DNA of 64,000 bases from NCBI RefSeq assembly GCF_001898575.1, contig NZ_MKUD01000010.1, forward strand, positions 297,110-361,109. Reading direction: 5' to 3'. A program made the position numbers and the translations under genes. Below, one piece after another: positions 8,736 through 17,915 of the stretch. The stretch is from Spirosoma sp. 48-14 (GTDB lineage: Bacteria; Bacteroidota; Bacteroidia; Cytophagales; Spirosomataceae). The notes below the pieces were generated by a model that searched no databases, was not told the origin of the DNA, and saw nothing but the letters and a program-made list of their open reading frames with translations. Every line of letters starts with the position of its first letter. Position 1 is the stretch's first letter.

Positions 8736-9929
8736 TTATGTAAGTGCGTCTACGGCATTGGCCCTACGCACTTTCTCCCAGGTTCCAGATTGATTACCCC
8801 GCAAATAGCGAACCAAACCTGCAAGTGCACAGATATTCATAAACGTAAAATAGAAAGGAACGAAAGCAGCTTTTAAGCGTATTTGACGTTTTTCCAACGT
8901 ATAGCCTAGCCAGGCGGCACCGTAAAATAAAATCTGGCCGATAAATAGCCATCCCCATAAGGAGCTCCATCCGTCCTGAATGACCAGTCCGGCGTTCAGT
9001 AGAAAGATGAGGGGCAAGCAGAGGGGCGTAACGGCCCAACGCATCACCCGGTGGGAAACATACTCGAATGTGAGCACACCGTAGCGAAACGGATTGAGGA
9101 GATGTTTCAGCCACACAATTGATTGAAAGCCACCAGCAGCAATACGTATTTTTCGTTTCTGTTCGTCGATGATTGAGAAAGATGGCCGTTCGAGGGCATA
9201 CGCATCGGGCTCATAGGCAACCCGATAACCCCGCCCGGCGATAAGGAGCGAAATCATAAAATCGTCCAGAATGGTATTCGGCGATACGGGTTCGTAGAGC
9301 TCCGTACGAACGGCAAATAGCTCGCCCGCGGCCCCTACGATGGTGTGGAGTTCGGCATCCCAGCGTTTCAACTGCGACTCATATTTCCAGTAAATACCTT
9401 CGCCCGAACCCGCAGCCGATTCGCTATCAGTAGTCTGAATCCGTTTTTCACCCGCCACGGCGCCTACTTTCGGGTCTCGAAAATGCCGAACAATATTCTG
9501 AACCGCATCCAGATTCAACTGCGTGTTGGCGTCGGTGAAGATTACAATGGGCGTTTTTACCTGCTGCATGGCCATATTCATAGCTGCTACTTTACCCCGA
9601 CGTTCGGTGCCGCCCAAAATGCCTATGGTATCGCCGTACGTTGATCGCAGGTAGTCGTCCGAACCATCAGTTGAACCCTCAGTGACGAACAGAAATTGGA
9701 TATGCTCCCGTGGGTACGACTGCCCCAGCGAGTTGGCTACCTTGGCAGGCAGGCAATCGAGTTCATTGTAGGCGGGTACAATCAGCGTTACATCCGGCAT
9801 ATACTCTTCCGAAAGGCTGGCAACGGGTGGGCGTTGTGGGCGAAGCCGAATCAGTAGCCAGACCAGTAACCCATAACCCAGGTATGTATAGACCACGAGC
9901 CCGATACAAATCAATATCAATAGTTCCAT
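8736..9929 (-). CDS. GT2 family glycosyltransferase (IcaA/PgaC-like)
   Basis: IVPAYNE, FTDAN, TILDDF, QKRKIR motifs with N- and C-terminal TM helices. Confidence 0.9.
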   Translation of the reverse strand: MELLILICIGLVVYTYLGYGLLVWLLIRLRPQRPPVASLSEEYMPDVTLIVPAYNELDCLPAKVANSLGQSYPREHIQFLFVTEGSTDGSDDYLRSTYGDTIGILGGTERRGKVAAMNMAMQQVKTPIVIFTDANTQLNLDAVQNIVRHFRDPKVGAVAGEKRIQTTDSESAAGSGEGIYWKYESQLKRWDAELHTIVGAAGELFAVRTELYEPVSPNTILDDFMISLLIAGRGYRVAYEPDAYALERPSFSIIDEQKRKIRIAAGGFQSIVWLKHLLNPFRYGVLTFEYVSHRVMRWAVTPLCLPLIFLLNAGLVIQDGWSSLWGWLFIGQILFYGAAWLGYTLEKRQIRLKAAFVPFYFTFMNICALAGLVRYLRGNQSGTWEKVRRANAVDALT

Positions 9930-9942
9930 TCAAATATTATAA

Positions 9943-10893
9943 TTAGCCCGCAACGACGGCTGGCAACCGTGCGGGTGCAGTTGGACTTGGCGTATGTGTA
10001 AAATTCCAGAGAACGGCATCCTTTATCGCTTTGAGGTACGAAGGCTGCCATCGTAACGTATATTGGGCTAGGGCTTTAGGAAGGGCAATACAGAAAAAAT
10101 ACATATAGAACACCAGCAACGGAAACCCGTCGACGTTCCGGCGCATGAACCAAAGCCGATTTCGGGTATGGTAATACACCTTCATTGGATTCATCTTGCC
10201 GACACTCATCGACTCGCGATGGTAAATCAGGGCTTTAGGCTGATAGTAAATGGTAAAACCAGCCCGTCGGATACGTGCCGACCAGTCCAGTTCTTCATAA
10301 TACAGGAAAAAGCTGTCGTCGAGTGAGCCCGCTTGTTCCAGCACCGACCGACTGACGAGCATAGCGGCTCCATGAGCAAACCAGGTGGCGCCGGGCTTGT
10401 CGTGCTGCCCCTGATCGGGTTCCATAAGCCCTATAGCCCACGTACGTCCGGTATATTCATTCAATGGATGATAACCGGCATACTGGATGATGTTGGGCTG
10501 GTCGTAATAACGAATCTTTGGGCAGACAACCCCAACGGCTGGGTTCTCCGCAAAGGGCGCCAGTAGCTGTTCCAGTAAATCAGGTGTAACGATGGTATCG
10601 TTGTTGAGCAGGAAGTAATACTCGCCCTGAGCATATCGAATCCCCAGATTATTGCCACCCGAAAATCCAAGATTATCGGGACTGTCGATGTATGTTACAT
10701 GGGGATAGTTGCCCTGCGCAATCCGTTCGGCAAGATCATCCTTCGATCCATTATTGACGACAATGATTTCATAGCGCGGATAGGTCAGCGCCCGAGTCGA
10801 TTCCAACAGATCGCAGGTTACTGCCGCCTGATTGTAATTGATTGTTATCAGCGAAATCAGCGGCTTTACTTCTACACATTCTCCTTCTGCCAT
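9943..10893 (-). CDS. GT2 family glycosyltransferase
   Basis: ITINYN, NLGFSGGNN, LLNND, FFLYYEELDW, HRESMS motifs. Confidence 0.9.
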   Translation of the reverse strand: MAEGECVEVKPLISLITINYNQAAVTCDLLESTRALTYPRYEIIVVNNGSKDDLAERIAQGNYPHVTYIDSPDNLGFSGGNNLGIRYAQGEYYFLLNNDTIVTPDLLEQLLAPFAENPAVGVVCPKIRYYDQPNIIQYAGYHPLNEYTGRTWAIGLMEPDQGQHDKPGATWFAHGAAMLVSRSVLEQAGSLDDSFFLYYEELDWSARIRRAGFTIYYQPKALIYHRESMSVGKMNPMKVYYHTRNRLWFMRRNVDGFPLLVFYMYFFCIALPKALAQYTLRWQPSYLKAIKDAVLWNFTHTPSPTAPARLPAVVAG

Positions 10894-12038
10894 ACCGCTT
10901 TTAAGGTTCTCAGCAAAATAATTAAGTCTGTACGAAAGGAGTGTCGTTTGGCATACAGTACATCCAACTGGATACGTTCCAGATCCGATACCTTCGACTT
11001 TCCCCGTTTGGTCACCTGCCAGAGTCCCGTCAGTCCGGCTGGTGCCGCAAAGCGACGGGCATAGCCAATATTGGTCAGTTTTTCGGCTTCGTATAGCGGA
11101 AGGGGACGATTGCCAACAAAGGACATATCGCCCTTCAGGATATTAAACAACTGCGGTAACTCATCAATACTCGTGTTTCGAAGGATTTTACCCAGTTTGG
11201 TCACACGGGGGTCTTCCTTAAACTTGCTAAACATGGCTTTCGCCTTCTGTTCGCGATGGTACTGAAGTTCGCAAATCTGCTTTTGGTCCAGATAGAGCGG
11301 GCGCTGACAGGGGCTATTGGCGAGTTTGCATTCATCGCATAGTTCATCGGCTGGTTTTTCCTCCACCTTATTGTACATGTTCTGCGACGCCATGCCCGCC
11401 AGTAACTTATCTGCTCCCGTACTCATGGTGCGAAACTTGTACATATCAAATATCCTGAAACCCATACCTACCCGTTTCGAACTGTAAAAAACGGGGCCTT
11501 TGGAGTCAAGCTTGACGAGCAACGCTACAATAAGTAACAGCGGAGAAATTAGGGTTAGGATGGTAAACGAAAGCAAAATATCAAAAATGCGTTTGCCAAT
11601 TGGCATTCGCACCGATACCGGCTTATGCACAACCCTACCATTTCGCTGATAGTCCCTTTTTTGAATGAGGTAATTCAACCGAATTTTCAGAGCAGCCTCT
11701 GAATAGTTCTGCGGAAATGCATCAATCACAAACCCATGATAGGGAGCGGCAGTCAGGTCGATCTTTTCCTGATCGGTAAGTAAAATAATGGGAATTTTAG
11801 TCCGGCTTTGTTTCGCCTGATAGGCGTTCATGAAGCCGCGCGTATTTAAATCGTCGTTATAGAGAATCAGGTCAACGGGCGCTTTATCATCCAGATAAGA
11901 AATGGCTGACCAGCCATCGGCCACACCAATGACCTCAATAGGTGAAGGGAATGCTCGCTGAAACGATTTAATGCGTCGGTCATCGTTATCAACATAGAGC
12001 ACCCGGAAGGGTTGCGTATTGTCACTTACAGCCTTCAT
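10872..12038 (-). CDS. priming phosphoglycosyl transferase (Bac_transf/WcaJ-like) with N-terminal receiver-like domain
   Basis: KRIFDI, YKFRTM, DPRVTKLGKILRNTSIDELPQLFNILKGDMSFVGNRP and GLTGLWQV motifs; N-terminal VLYVDND...DLILY...PIILLT receiver pattern. Confidence 0.92.
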   Translation of the reverse strand: MKAVSDNTQPFRVLYVDNDDRRIKSFQRAFPSPIEVIGVADGWSAISYLDDKAPVDLILYNDDLNTRGFMNAYQAKQSRTKIPIILLTDQEKIDLTAAPYHGFVIDAFPQNYSEAALKIRLNYLIQKRDYQRNGRVVHKPVSVRMPIGKRIFDILLSFTILTLISPLLLIVALLVKLDSKGPVFYSSKRVGMGFRIFDMYKFRTMSTGADKLLAGMASQNMYNKVEEKPADELCDECKLANSPCQRPLYLDQKQICELQYHREQKAKAMFSKFKEDPRVTKLGKILRNTSIDELPQLFNILKGDMSFVGNRPLPLYEAEKLTNIGYARRFAAPAGLTGLWQVTKRGKSKVSDLERIQLDVLYAKRHSFRTDLIILLRTLKAVWQKENV

Positions 12039-12062
12039 GATTTGTTGTCAGACAGGTTTATA

Positions 12063-12473
12063 TCAATCGGCATTTGGTTGTCCTACATTGCTGGCTTCTG
12101 TCCGACGTAAGACCGTCATAATCTTGGTTTTTACCTCCATTGGATTGAAGGGCTTGATGATATAATCGTCAGCTCCTAATTTGAGGCAGGCAATTCGGGT
12201 ATCGCTGTCGGCGTAAGTTGAGAGAATAATGATGGGAAGCTTTCTAAAAACCGGGCTTGCCCTGAGCATGCTTATCAGGTTTTTGCCATCCATATGAGGC
12301 ATTTGTATATCCGACAGGATGATATCGACGGGGTGCCCTTCCTCCAGCCATGCCATACCTTCCATCCCATTTTCGGTAGTAGTTACTTCAAAATCATCTT
12401 TTAATGTTTGTCGCAGTACTTTCCGAATAAACGAGTCATCTTCGATCACTAAAACGTGGTATATTTTTTTCAT
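12063..12473 (-). CDS. single-domain response regulator (receiver)
   Basis: VLVIEDD, DIILSDIQMP, IIILST, DDYIIKPF: all canonical phospho-receiver residues are present. Confidence 0.92.
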   Translation of the reverse strand: MKKIYHVLVIEDDSFIRKVLRQTLKDDFEVTTTENGMEGMAWLEEGHPVDIILSDIQMPHMDGKNLISMLRASPVFRKLPIIILSTYADSDTRIACLKLGADDYIIKPFNPMEVKTKIMTVLRRTEASNVGQPNAD

Positions 12474-12923
12474 ATGAGCACAAGGCTTGCCAGTGGAATT
12501 AAAAGATAAGGATAGATTGGTTTGTAAAGATAATTGTTATGGTTATGAAATCTCGATATAGTAAACAAAAAGGAGGCTTAAGCTTTCTGTTTTTTGACAC
12601 AAAAAACAATAAATTAATTTTACGGTAGTTAATATTAATTATGGTCTAATGTCAATTGGTTAAATAATTCATGTGTAAGTGCGTAATCTTTCACTTTTAT
12701 ATACATTATATACATATAAAGTGATTCTATATAGTTAATATGTATAGATTGAAGGTAAAGTTTTTTTAATTCTTTACCTGATCTGTGCTGATACCGGCAA
12801 GTGGAATTATCTTTAGTATATGGGTAAGTTGCCTGAAAGGTCTAAAATTTGGAAAGACTGGAATAGGTTTTTGGGGCTATGCAGGCACGTTGAATCAGGC
12901 TCCGGTTTCAGGTTATGTATTAA

Positions 12924-14078
12924 TTACACATAAACTGCCGCGTACTTTTTGCCGGGGAGCGATCGGACAAACCCCCGAAATTCAAGGTTCAGGAGCAGGG
13001 AGGCCAATCGGCCCATCGGGAGTTGACTTTTCCAGCTTAGTTCATCAATGTGAATAGCCTGTGCCTGGCGCAACAGGGCAAGAATTTGACTCTCTTCGTC
13101 GGTAATATCCAGAGGTAATGATGAAACGCCTGCTTTAGTAAAGGACTGCTCAGAAAGAGAATTTTGGGGTTGATCCCAGTTGAGGGCTTCAATAAGGTCT
13201 TTGGGGTTGGTATAAATCTGGGCTTTATTTTCCCGGATCAGTTTATTACAACCTGCTGAAAAAGTCTGGTTCAGTTGACCCGGTACCGCAAATACCTCAC
13301 GGTGATAATTGTTTGCATACTCAGCCGTAATCAAAGCGCCACCTTTGGCAGCCGCTTCTACCACAACGACGGCGTCGCTCAGTCCGGCAATGATCCGGTT
13401 ACGGGCCGGGAATAGATGAGCATCGGGCTTTGTACCGGGCGGACTTTCCGTAAGCAAACCACCTTGTACCAGCATTTCCTGGGCGGTTTTCTGATGCACA
13501 TTCGGGTAAATGATGTCGATACCGCTGGCCACTACACCAATTGTTGGTAAGCCATGTAACAGGCTGGCGCGGTGAGCAGCAATATCGATTCCATACGCCA
13601 GGCCACTAATCACATTGATGCCGTAAGGGATCAGGGCTTCGATCATGTCGTTGGTAATCCGTCGACCGTATTCGGTAGCCTGCCGGGTTCCCACCAAACC
13701 GATGGTTCGGGGAGGGTTCAGATTACCATTCCCTTGCATATAAAGAAGAGCAGGGGCGTCGTAAAGCGTTTTGAGCCGGGCGGGATACGCTTTATCGGTA
13801 TAAAATAGGGCAGAAGCACCGAGCTTCTCGAGTCGGTTCATTACTCGTTCGGCTTCAGTAAGGGCATCCGGTTTGCGGATAGATCGGGCGGTTACCTCGC
13901 CAATGCCCGGTATTTTCAGCAATCGGGCGAGAGGAGCATGAAAAACGTCGCTGGCGGAACCACAGTAGCTGATCAGTTGTCGAATAATAATACTGCCAAC
14001 GCCAGGAACAAGGGTAAGGGCAATTTGATATTGGGTGTCGTTGGGCACAGATTCAAGGGCTTGTTTGGCCACAAACAT
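12924..14078 (-). CDS. dprA: DNA-processing protein DprA
   Basis: IGLVGTR, VISGLAYGIDIAAH, FPARNRIIAGLS, GALITA, VFAVPG motifs and a C-terminal winged helix. Confidence 0.96.
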   Translation of the reverse strand: MFVAKQALESVPNDTQYQIALTLVPGVGSIIIRQLISYCGSASDVFHAPLARLLKIPGIGEVTARSIRKPDALTEAERVMNRLEKLGASALFYTDKAYPARLKTLYDAPALLYMQGNGNLNPPRTIGLVGTRQATEYGRRITNDMIEALIPYGINVISGLAYGIDIAAHRASLLHGLPTIGVVASGIDIIYPNVHQKTAQEMLVQGGLLTESPPGTKPDAHLFPARNRIIAGLSDAVVVVEAAAKGGALITAEYANNYHREVFAVPGQLNQTFSAGCNKLIRENKAQIYTNPKDLIEALNWDQPQNSLSEQSFTKAGVSSLPLDITDEESQILALLRQAQAIHIDELSWKSQLPMGRLASLLLNLEFRGFVRSLPGKKYAAVYV

Positions 14079-14170
14079 CTGCTTTTTTACAGATTATTCC
14101 GATACTTGGTGACTTATTGTGCGTCTAATTGGTTGAAATCGTTGACTAATGCCCTGCTTACTGAACATTA

Positions 14171-14452
14171 ATGGATATTCCCCAATTTCATTTCGACTAC
14201 TCATTTTTGAACCTGGACGACCTCAGAAGCCAATGTATTACGACTGATGAGATTCAGCAGTTGTTTTATGATATGAAAAGTCGGTATGACGATTTTATGT
14301 CGACAGATGGCTTTGGATATATAATTGGCTATACATCGAAAAACAAGTTTATTTCATTTACTTTTGAGTTGCTAGGCGATGATAGTATACGACTCACTCA
14401 GGTTTATTTATCGTATGAACAAGAAATCCTCAACCGATACTTCTTTCGTTAA
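14171..14452 (+). CDS. small acidic protein, distant BrnT/RelE-like toxin candidate
   Basis: 93 aa. Pattern F-x-F-D...I-T-x-D-E-I-x-x-L-F...IIGYTSKNKFISFTF...IRLT resembles the BrnT layout. Confidence 0.5.
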   Translation: MDIPQFHFDYSFLNLDDLRSQCITTDEIQQLFYDMKSRYDDFMSTDGFGYIIGYTSKNKFISFTFELLGDDSIRLTQVYLSYEQEILNRYFFR

Positions 14453-14594
14453 TTTTAAAAAGCGTTTCCCAACGTCGAAAGACTTTGTAGATTGGTTATT
14501 AGCTAATCCTGATAAAGGGAAATCGGTCAGCTACGAAGAACGTATGCATAACTGGTCGGAACAATTGCGAAAAGCAGGTAGGAACATGAGATAA
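14415..14594 (+). CDS. small basic protein, candidate antitoxin
   Basis: ATG at 14415 overlaps the upstream ORF end; 59 aa, MNKKSSTDTSFVNFKKRFPTSKDFVDWLL... Confidence 0.4.
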   Translation: MNKKSSTDTSFVNFKKRFPTSKDFVDWLLANPDKGKSVSYEERMHNWSEQLRKAGRNMR

Positions 14595-14930
14595 TCACTC
14601 CTCACTAGCCAGTCCATCCCGCAATTTCTCCAGAAATGATTTGAGCTTTTTAAGCTTGACTACATAGCGGGCATTTTCCTGCTTGCGGCTTTCCCGCTCT
14701 TTCAGAAACTCACGGGCACCCGGTAAGGTATACTTTTGGTTGTTGATCAGATCCAGAATTTCTGTCAGGTGGTCGATGTCGGCCTGCGTATAGATGCGGT
14801 CGCCCGAGCGATTTTTCTTGGGTTGTAGGGTAGGGAACTCCTTTTCGTAATACCGCAACTTTGAGGCATTAATGCCAAATAGCTCGGCTACCTCTTTAAT
14901 ACCATAATAAAGCTTACCTGAACCTTCCAT
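14595..14930 (-). CDS. MerR-family transcriptional regulator
   Basis: KLYYGIKEVAELFGINASKLRYYEKEFP...GDRIYT HTH. Start taken at ATG 14930. Confidence 0.92.
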   Translation of the reverse strand: MEGSGKLYYGIKEVAELFGINASKLRYYEKEFPTLQPKKNRSGDRIYTQADIDHLTEILDLINNQKYTLPGAREFLKERESRKQENARYVVKLKKLKSFLEKLRDGLASEE

Positions 14931-14974
14931 TCGACAAACTTGCTGACGTTCCGTCAAACCTGCAACGTTTTCCG

Positions 14975-14982
14975 TAATTTTG
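14975..14982 (+). promoter_or_regulatory. Bacteroidota housekeeping -7 promoter box upstream of alaS
   Basis: TAATTTTG matches the TAnnTTTG consensus, about 115 nt before the alaS ATG. Confidence 0.6.
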
Positions 14983-15000
14983 CAAAAAAGTAGTTAGTAG

Positions 15001-15072
15001 TTAGGAGCGAGAAGTGAGGAGCCATTCGGTCATGCCTTATCCGCCGGATGGCTTCTCACTTCTCGCTCCTAA
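15001..15072. repeat. 29-bp inverted repeat built of AG(G/A)AG(C/T)G heptamers, in the alaS leader
   Basis: ttaggagcgagaagtgaggagccattcgg / ccggatggcttctcacttctcgctcctaa, two wobble positions. Confidence 0.85.
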
Positions 15073-15096
15073 TTGCTGAGCACATTAACTAATAAG

Positions 15097-17772
15097 ATGA
15101 CTTCCCACGAAATACGTCGGCATTTTCTCGACTTCTTCCATTCCAAAGGTCACCTGATTGTGTCTTCAGCTCCGCTCGTTGCCAAAAACGACCCGACGCT
15201 GATGTTCAACAACTCGGGGATGGCGCAGTTTAAAGATTTTTTCCTCGGCAATGGTACGCCCCCGTCGAAGCGAGTGGCCGATACGCAGAAGTGCCTCCGC
15301 GTGTCGGGTAAGCACAACGACCTCGAAGATGTTGGGTTCGATACCTATCACCACACCATGTTCGAGATGCTTGGTAACTGGTCATTTGGGGATTATTTCA
15401 AAAAAGAAGCGATTGAATGGGCGTGGGAACTGCTGACCGAAATCTACAAGCTTCCGAAAGATCGGCTGTACGTATCGGTATTTCAGGGCGATCAGAAAGA
15501 TAACGTTCCCTTCGACCAGGAAGCGTTCGACCTCTGGAAACCCATCGTGGGCGAAGACCGGATTATTTACGGAAACAAGAAGGACAACTTCTGGGAAATG
15601 GGCGATACGGGACCCTGTGGCCCCTGTTCAGAAATTCACGTTGACCTGCGTTCGGCGGAAGAAGTCGCCGAAAAGCCCGGTAAAGAACTGGTCAATGCCG
15701 ATCACCCACAGGTTGTTGAAATCTGGAACCTGGTATTCATGCAGTTCAACCGTAAGGCCGACGGTTCGCTGGAGCCGCTACCTGCCCGCCATGTTGATAC
15801 AGGGATGGGCTTCGAGCGGTTGTGTATGGCCATCCAGGGCAAAAAATCGAACTACGATACCGATGTGTTCTCAGGAACGATCCATGTGATCGAAGAACTG
15901 TCGGGCAAAAAATATGAGGCTGGTACGAGCATGGCCGACGTAGCGATGCGCGTCATAGCCGACCATATTCGGGCGGTGTCCTTTGCTATTGCCGATGGGC
16001 TGGTGCCGTCGAATGCCAAAGCGGGATACGTAATCCGTCGGATTCTGCGCCGGGCTATCCGATACGGGTATTCGTACCTGAGCCTGACCGAGCCTTTCAT
16101 GACCAAATTGGTGCCAACCCTGGCCATGCAGTTTGCTGATGTATTCCCCGAACTGAACGCTCAGCGTGATTTTGTCGCAACGGTAATTCGGGAAGAGGAG
16201 ATTGCATTCCTCCGGACGTTGGGATCTGGACTCGGCCGATTGGATCAGATCATTGGGCAACTGGCCACCGATGGTAAAACTGAAATTCCGGGTGAAACGG
16301 TTTTCGAACTGAACGACACCTTTGGCTTCCCAGCCGATTTAACGGCCCTGATTGCCCGTGAAAAAGGGTTGCAAATTGATCAGGCTGGTTTTGAGAAAGC
16401 ACTTCAGGAGCAGAAAGCCCGGTCGCGGAAAGACGCGGCTTCGTCGGCTGGGGACTGGATCGAACTGACCGAACTGGACAGCAAAGTCGAGTTTGTCGGT
16501 TACGACCAGCCCGATACCTATGCTCAGGTTGTGAAGTACCGCAAAATTCAGAACAAACAGGGAACCCAGGTGCAGGTTGTCCTGGACAAGACTCCCTTCT
16601 ATGCTGAATCGGGAGGGCAGATTGGCGATACGGGCGTGCTGGAACTGTTCAAGGATTCGGATCAGATTGGCACCCTGACAGTACTGGATACGAAGAAAGA
16701 GAACGATCTGGTTATTCACATCGTCCAGAATGTCGATGGCATTGACGACCTGCTGACCGAAGCTGATACGGTCTATGCCGTTATCAATACAGCGCGTCGT
16801 GGACTTATTGCCAGCAACCACTCGGCTACGCACCTGCTTCATTCGGCCTTACGGGAAGTGTTGGGGACGCACGTAGCCCAGAAAGGGTCGTACGTTGGCC
16901 CCGATGCGCTGCGGTTCGATTTCTCGCACTTTAGCAAAGTGACCGACGAGCAACTGGCCGAAGTGGAGCGAATTGTAAACGAGAAAATCCGGGAAGATAT
17001 TAAACTGGACGAGAAGCGGAACGTACCCATCGAGCAGGCAAAAGCACTGGGTGCAACCGCCCTGTTTGGGGAGAAGTACGGTGATTTCGTTCGGGTCATT
17101 ACCTTTGATCCGAGCTATTCAGTTGAACTTTGCGGTGGTACGCACGTTCCGGCTACGGGCCATATTGGTCTGTTCAAGTTTACGGGCGAGGGGTCTGTAT
17201 CGACGGGCGTTCGTCGGGTAGAAGCCAAAACGTCGGCTGGAGCCGAAGCGTTGATCAACGAGCAGATGGCTGTGGTGTCGGAGTTGAAAGAACTGCTTAA
17301 AGCCCCGAAAGATGTTGTAAAAGCCGTCCAGGCATTACTCGAAGAACGTAGCGCCTTACAAAAACAGGTCGAAGCCTTACAGAATGAGAAAGTGCAGCAG
17401 TTGAAGAATCAGTTGCTGGAAAAAGTGGAGGCTGTAAACGGGAACGCCGGACCGGGTCATTCGCGTCTTGTCGAGAAGGTAGACGTCCCATCGGCTGATG
17501 CGCTGAAACAACTGGCCTACGACCTGAAAGCCAAAGTTGATAATCTGGCAGTGGTGCTTGGTGCTGACATCAATGGAAAGCCCCAATTGGCAGTAATGCT
17601 GCCCGATTCGCTGATTCAGGGCAGAAACCTGAATGCAGGTCAGGTAGTGAAAGAACTGGCAAAGAACATCAAAGGCGGTGGGGGAGGTCAACCCTTCTTC
17701 GCAACAGCTGGTGGTTCTGATCTGTCGGGCCTTGATGCCGCATTGGCGCAGGGTAAGGCGTTGCTTGGGTAA
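15097..17772 (+). CDS. alaS: alanine--tRNA ligase
   Basis: [62 protein letters not shown] motifs. Start at ATG 15097. Confidence 0.99.
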   Translation: MTSHEIRRHFLDFFHSKGHLIVSSAPLVAKNDPTLMFNNSGMAQFKDFFLGNGTPPSKRVADTQKCLRVSGKHNDLEDVGFDTYHHTMFEMLGNWSFGDYFKKEAIEWAWELLTEIYKLPKDRLYVSVFQGDQKDNVPFDQEAFDLWKPIVGEDRIIYGNKKDNFWEMGDTGPCGPCSEIHVDLRSAEEVAEKPGKELVNADHPQVVEIWNLVFMQFNRKADGSLEPLPARHVDTGMGFERLCMAIQGKKSNYDTDVFSGTIHVIEELSGKKYEAGTSMADVAMRVIADHIRAVSFAIADGLVPSNAKAGYVIRRILRRAIRYGYSYLSLTEPFMTKLVPTLAMQFADVFPELNAQRDFVATVIREEEIAFLRTLGSGLGRLDQIIGQLATDGKTEIPGETVFELNDTFGFPADLTALIAREKGLQIDQAGFEKALQEQKARSRKDAASSAGDWIELTELDSKVEFVGYDQPDTYAQVVKYRKIQNKQGTQVQVVLDKTPFYAESGGQIGDTGVLELFKDSDQIGTLTVLDTKKENDLVIHIVQNVDGIDDLLTEADTVYAVINTARRGLIASNHSATHLLHSALREVLGTHVAQKGSYVGPDALRFDFSHFSKVTDEQLAEVERIVNEKIREDIKLDEKRNVPIEQAKALGATALFGEKYGDFVRVITFDPSYSVELCGGTHVPATGHIGLFKFTGEGSVSTGVRRVEAKTSAGAEALINEQMAVVSELKELLKAPKDVVKAVQALLEERSALQKQVEALQNEKVQQLKNQLLEKVEAVNGNAGPGHSRLVEKVDVPSADALKQLAYDLKAKVDNLAVVLGADINGKPQLAVMLPDSLIQGRNLNAGQVVKELAKNIKGGGGGQPFFATAGGSDLSGLDAALAQGKALLG

Positions 17773-17790
17773 ACTGATTTGTTATTACAT

Positions 17791-17880
17791 AGAGATGCAC
17801 AGAGAAAGTAGAGAGAGTCACAACGATTTTTCTCTTTTACTACTCTGTGCATCTCTGTTTTACGCCGTGGATCTCTGTGT
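17791..17880. repeat. CACAGAG-type inverted repeat / probable terminator after alaS
   Basis: Perfect 14-bp arms agagatgcacagag (17791-17804) / ctctgtgcatctct (17843-17856), plus an extra atctctgtg copy at 17871. Confidence 0.7.
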
Positions 17881-17915
17881 AATGATCGTTTGTGCTACAT
17901 TAATCTCTGCCCATT

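Noticed and set aside
14100-14600. AT-rich patch as an IS or prophage remnant
   Set aside because: No transposase or integrase, terminal inverted repeats or target-site duplication were seen; kept only as a TA candidate.
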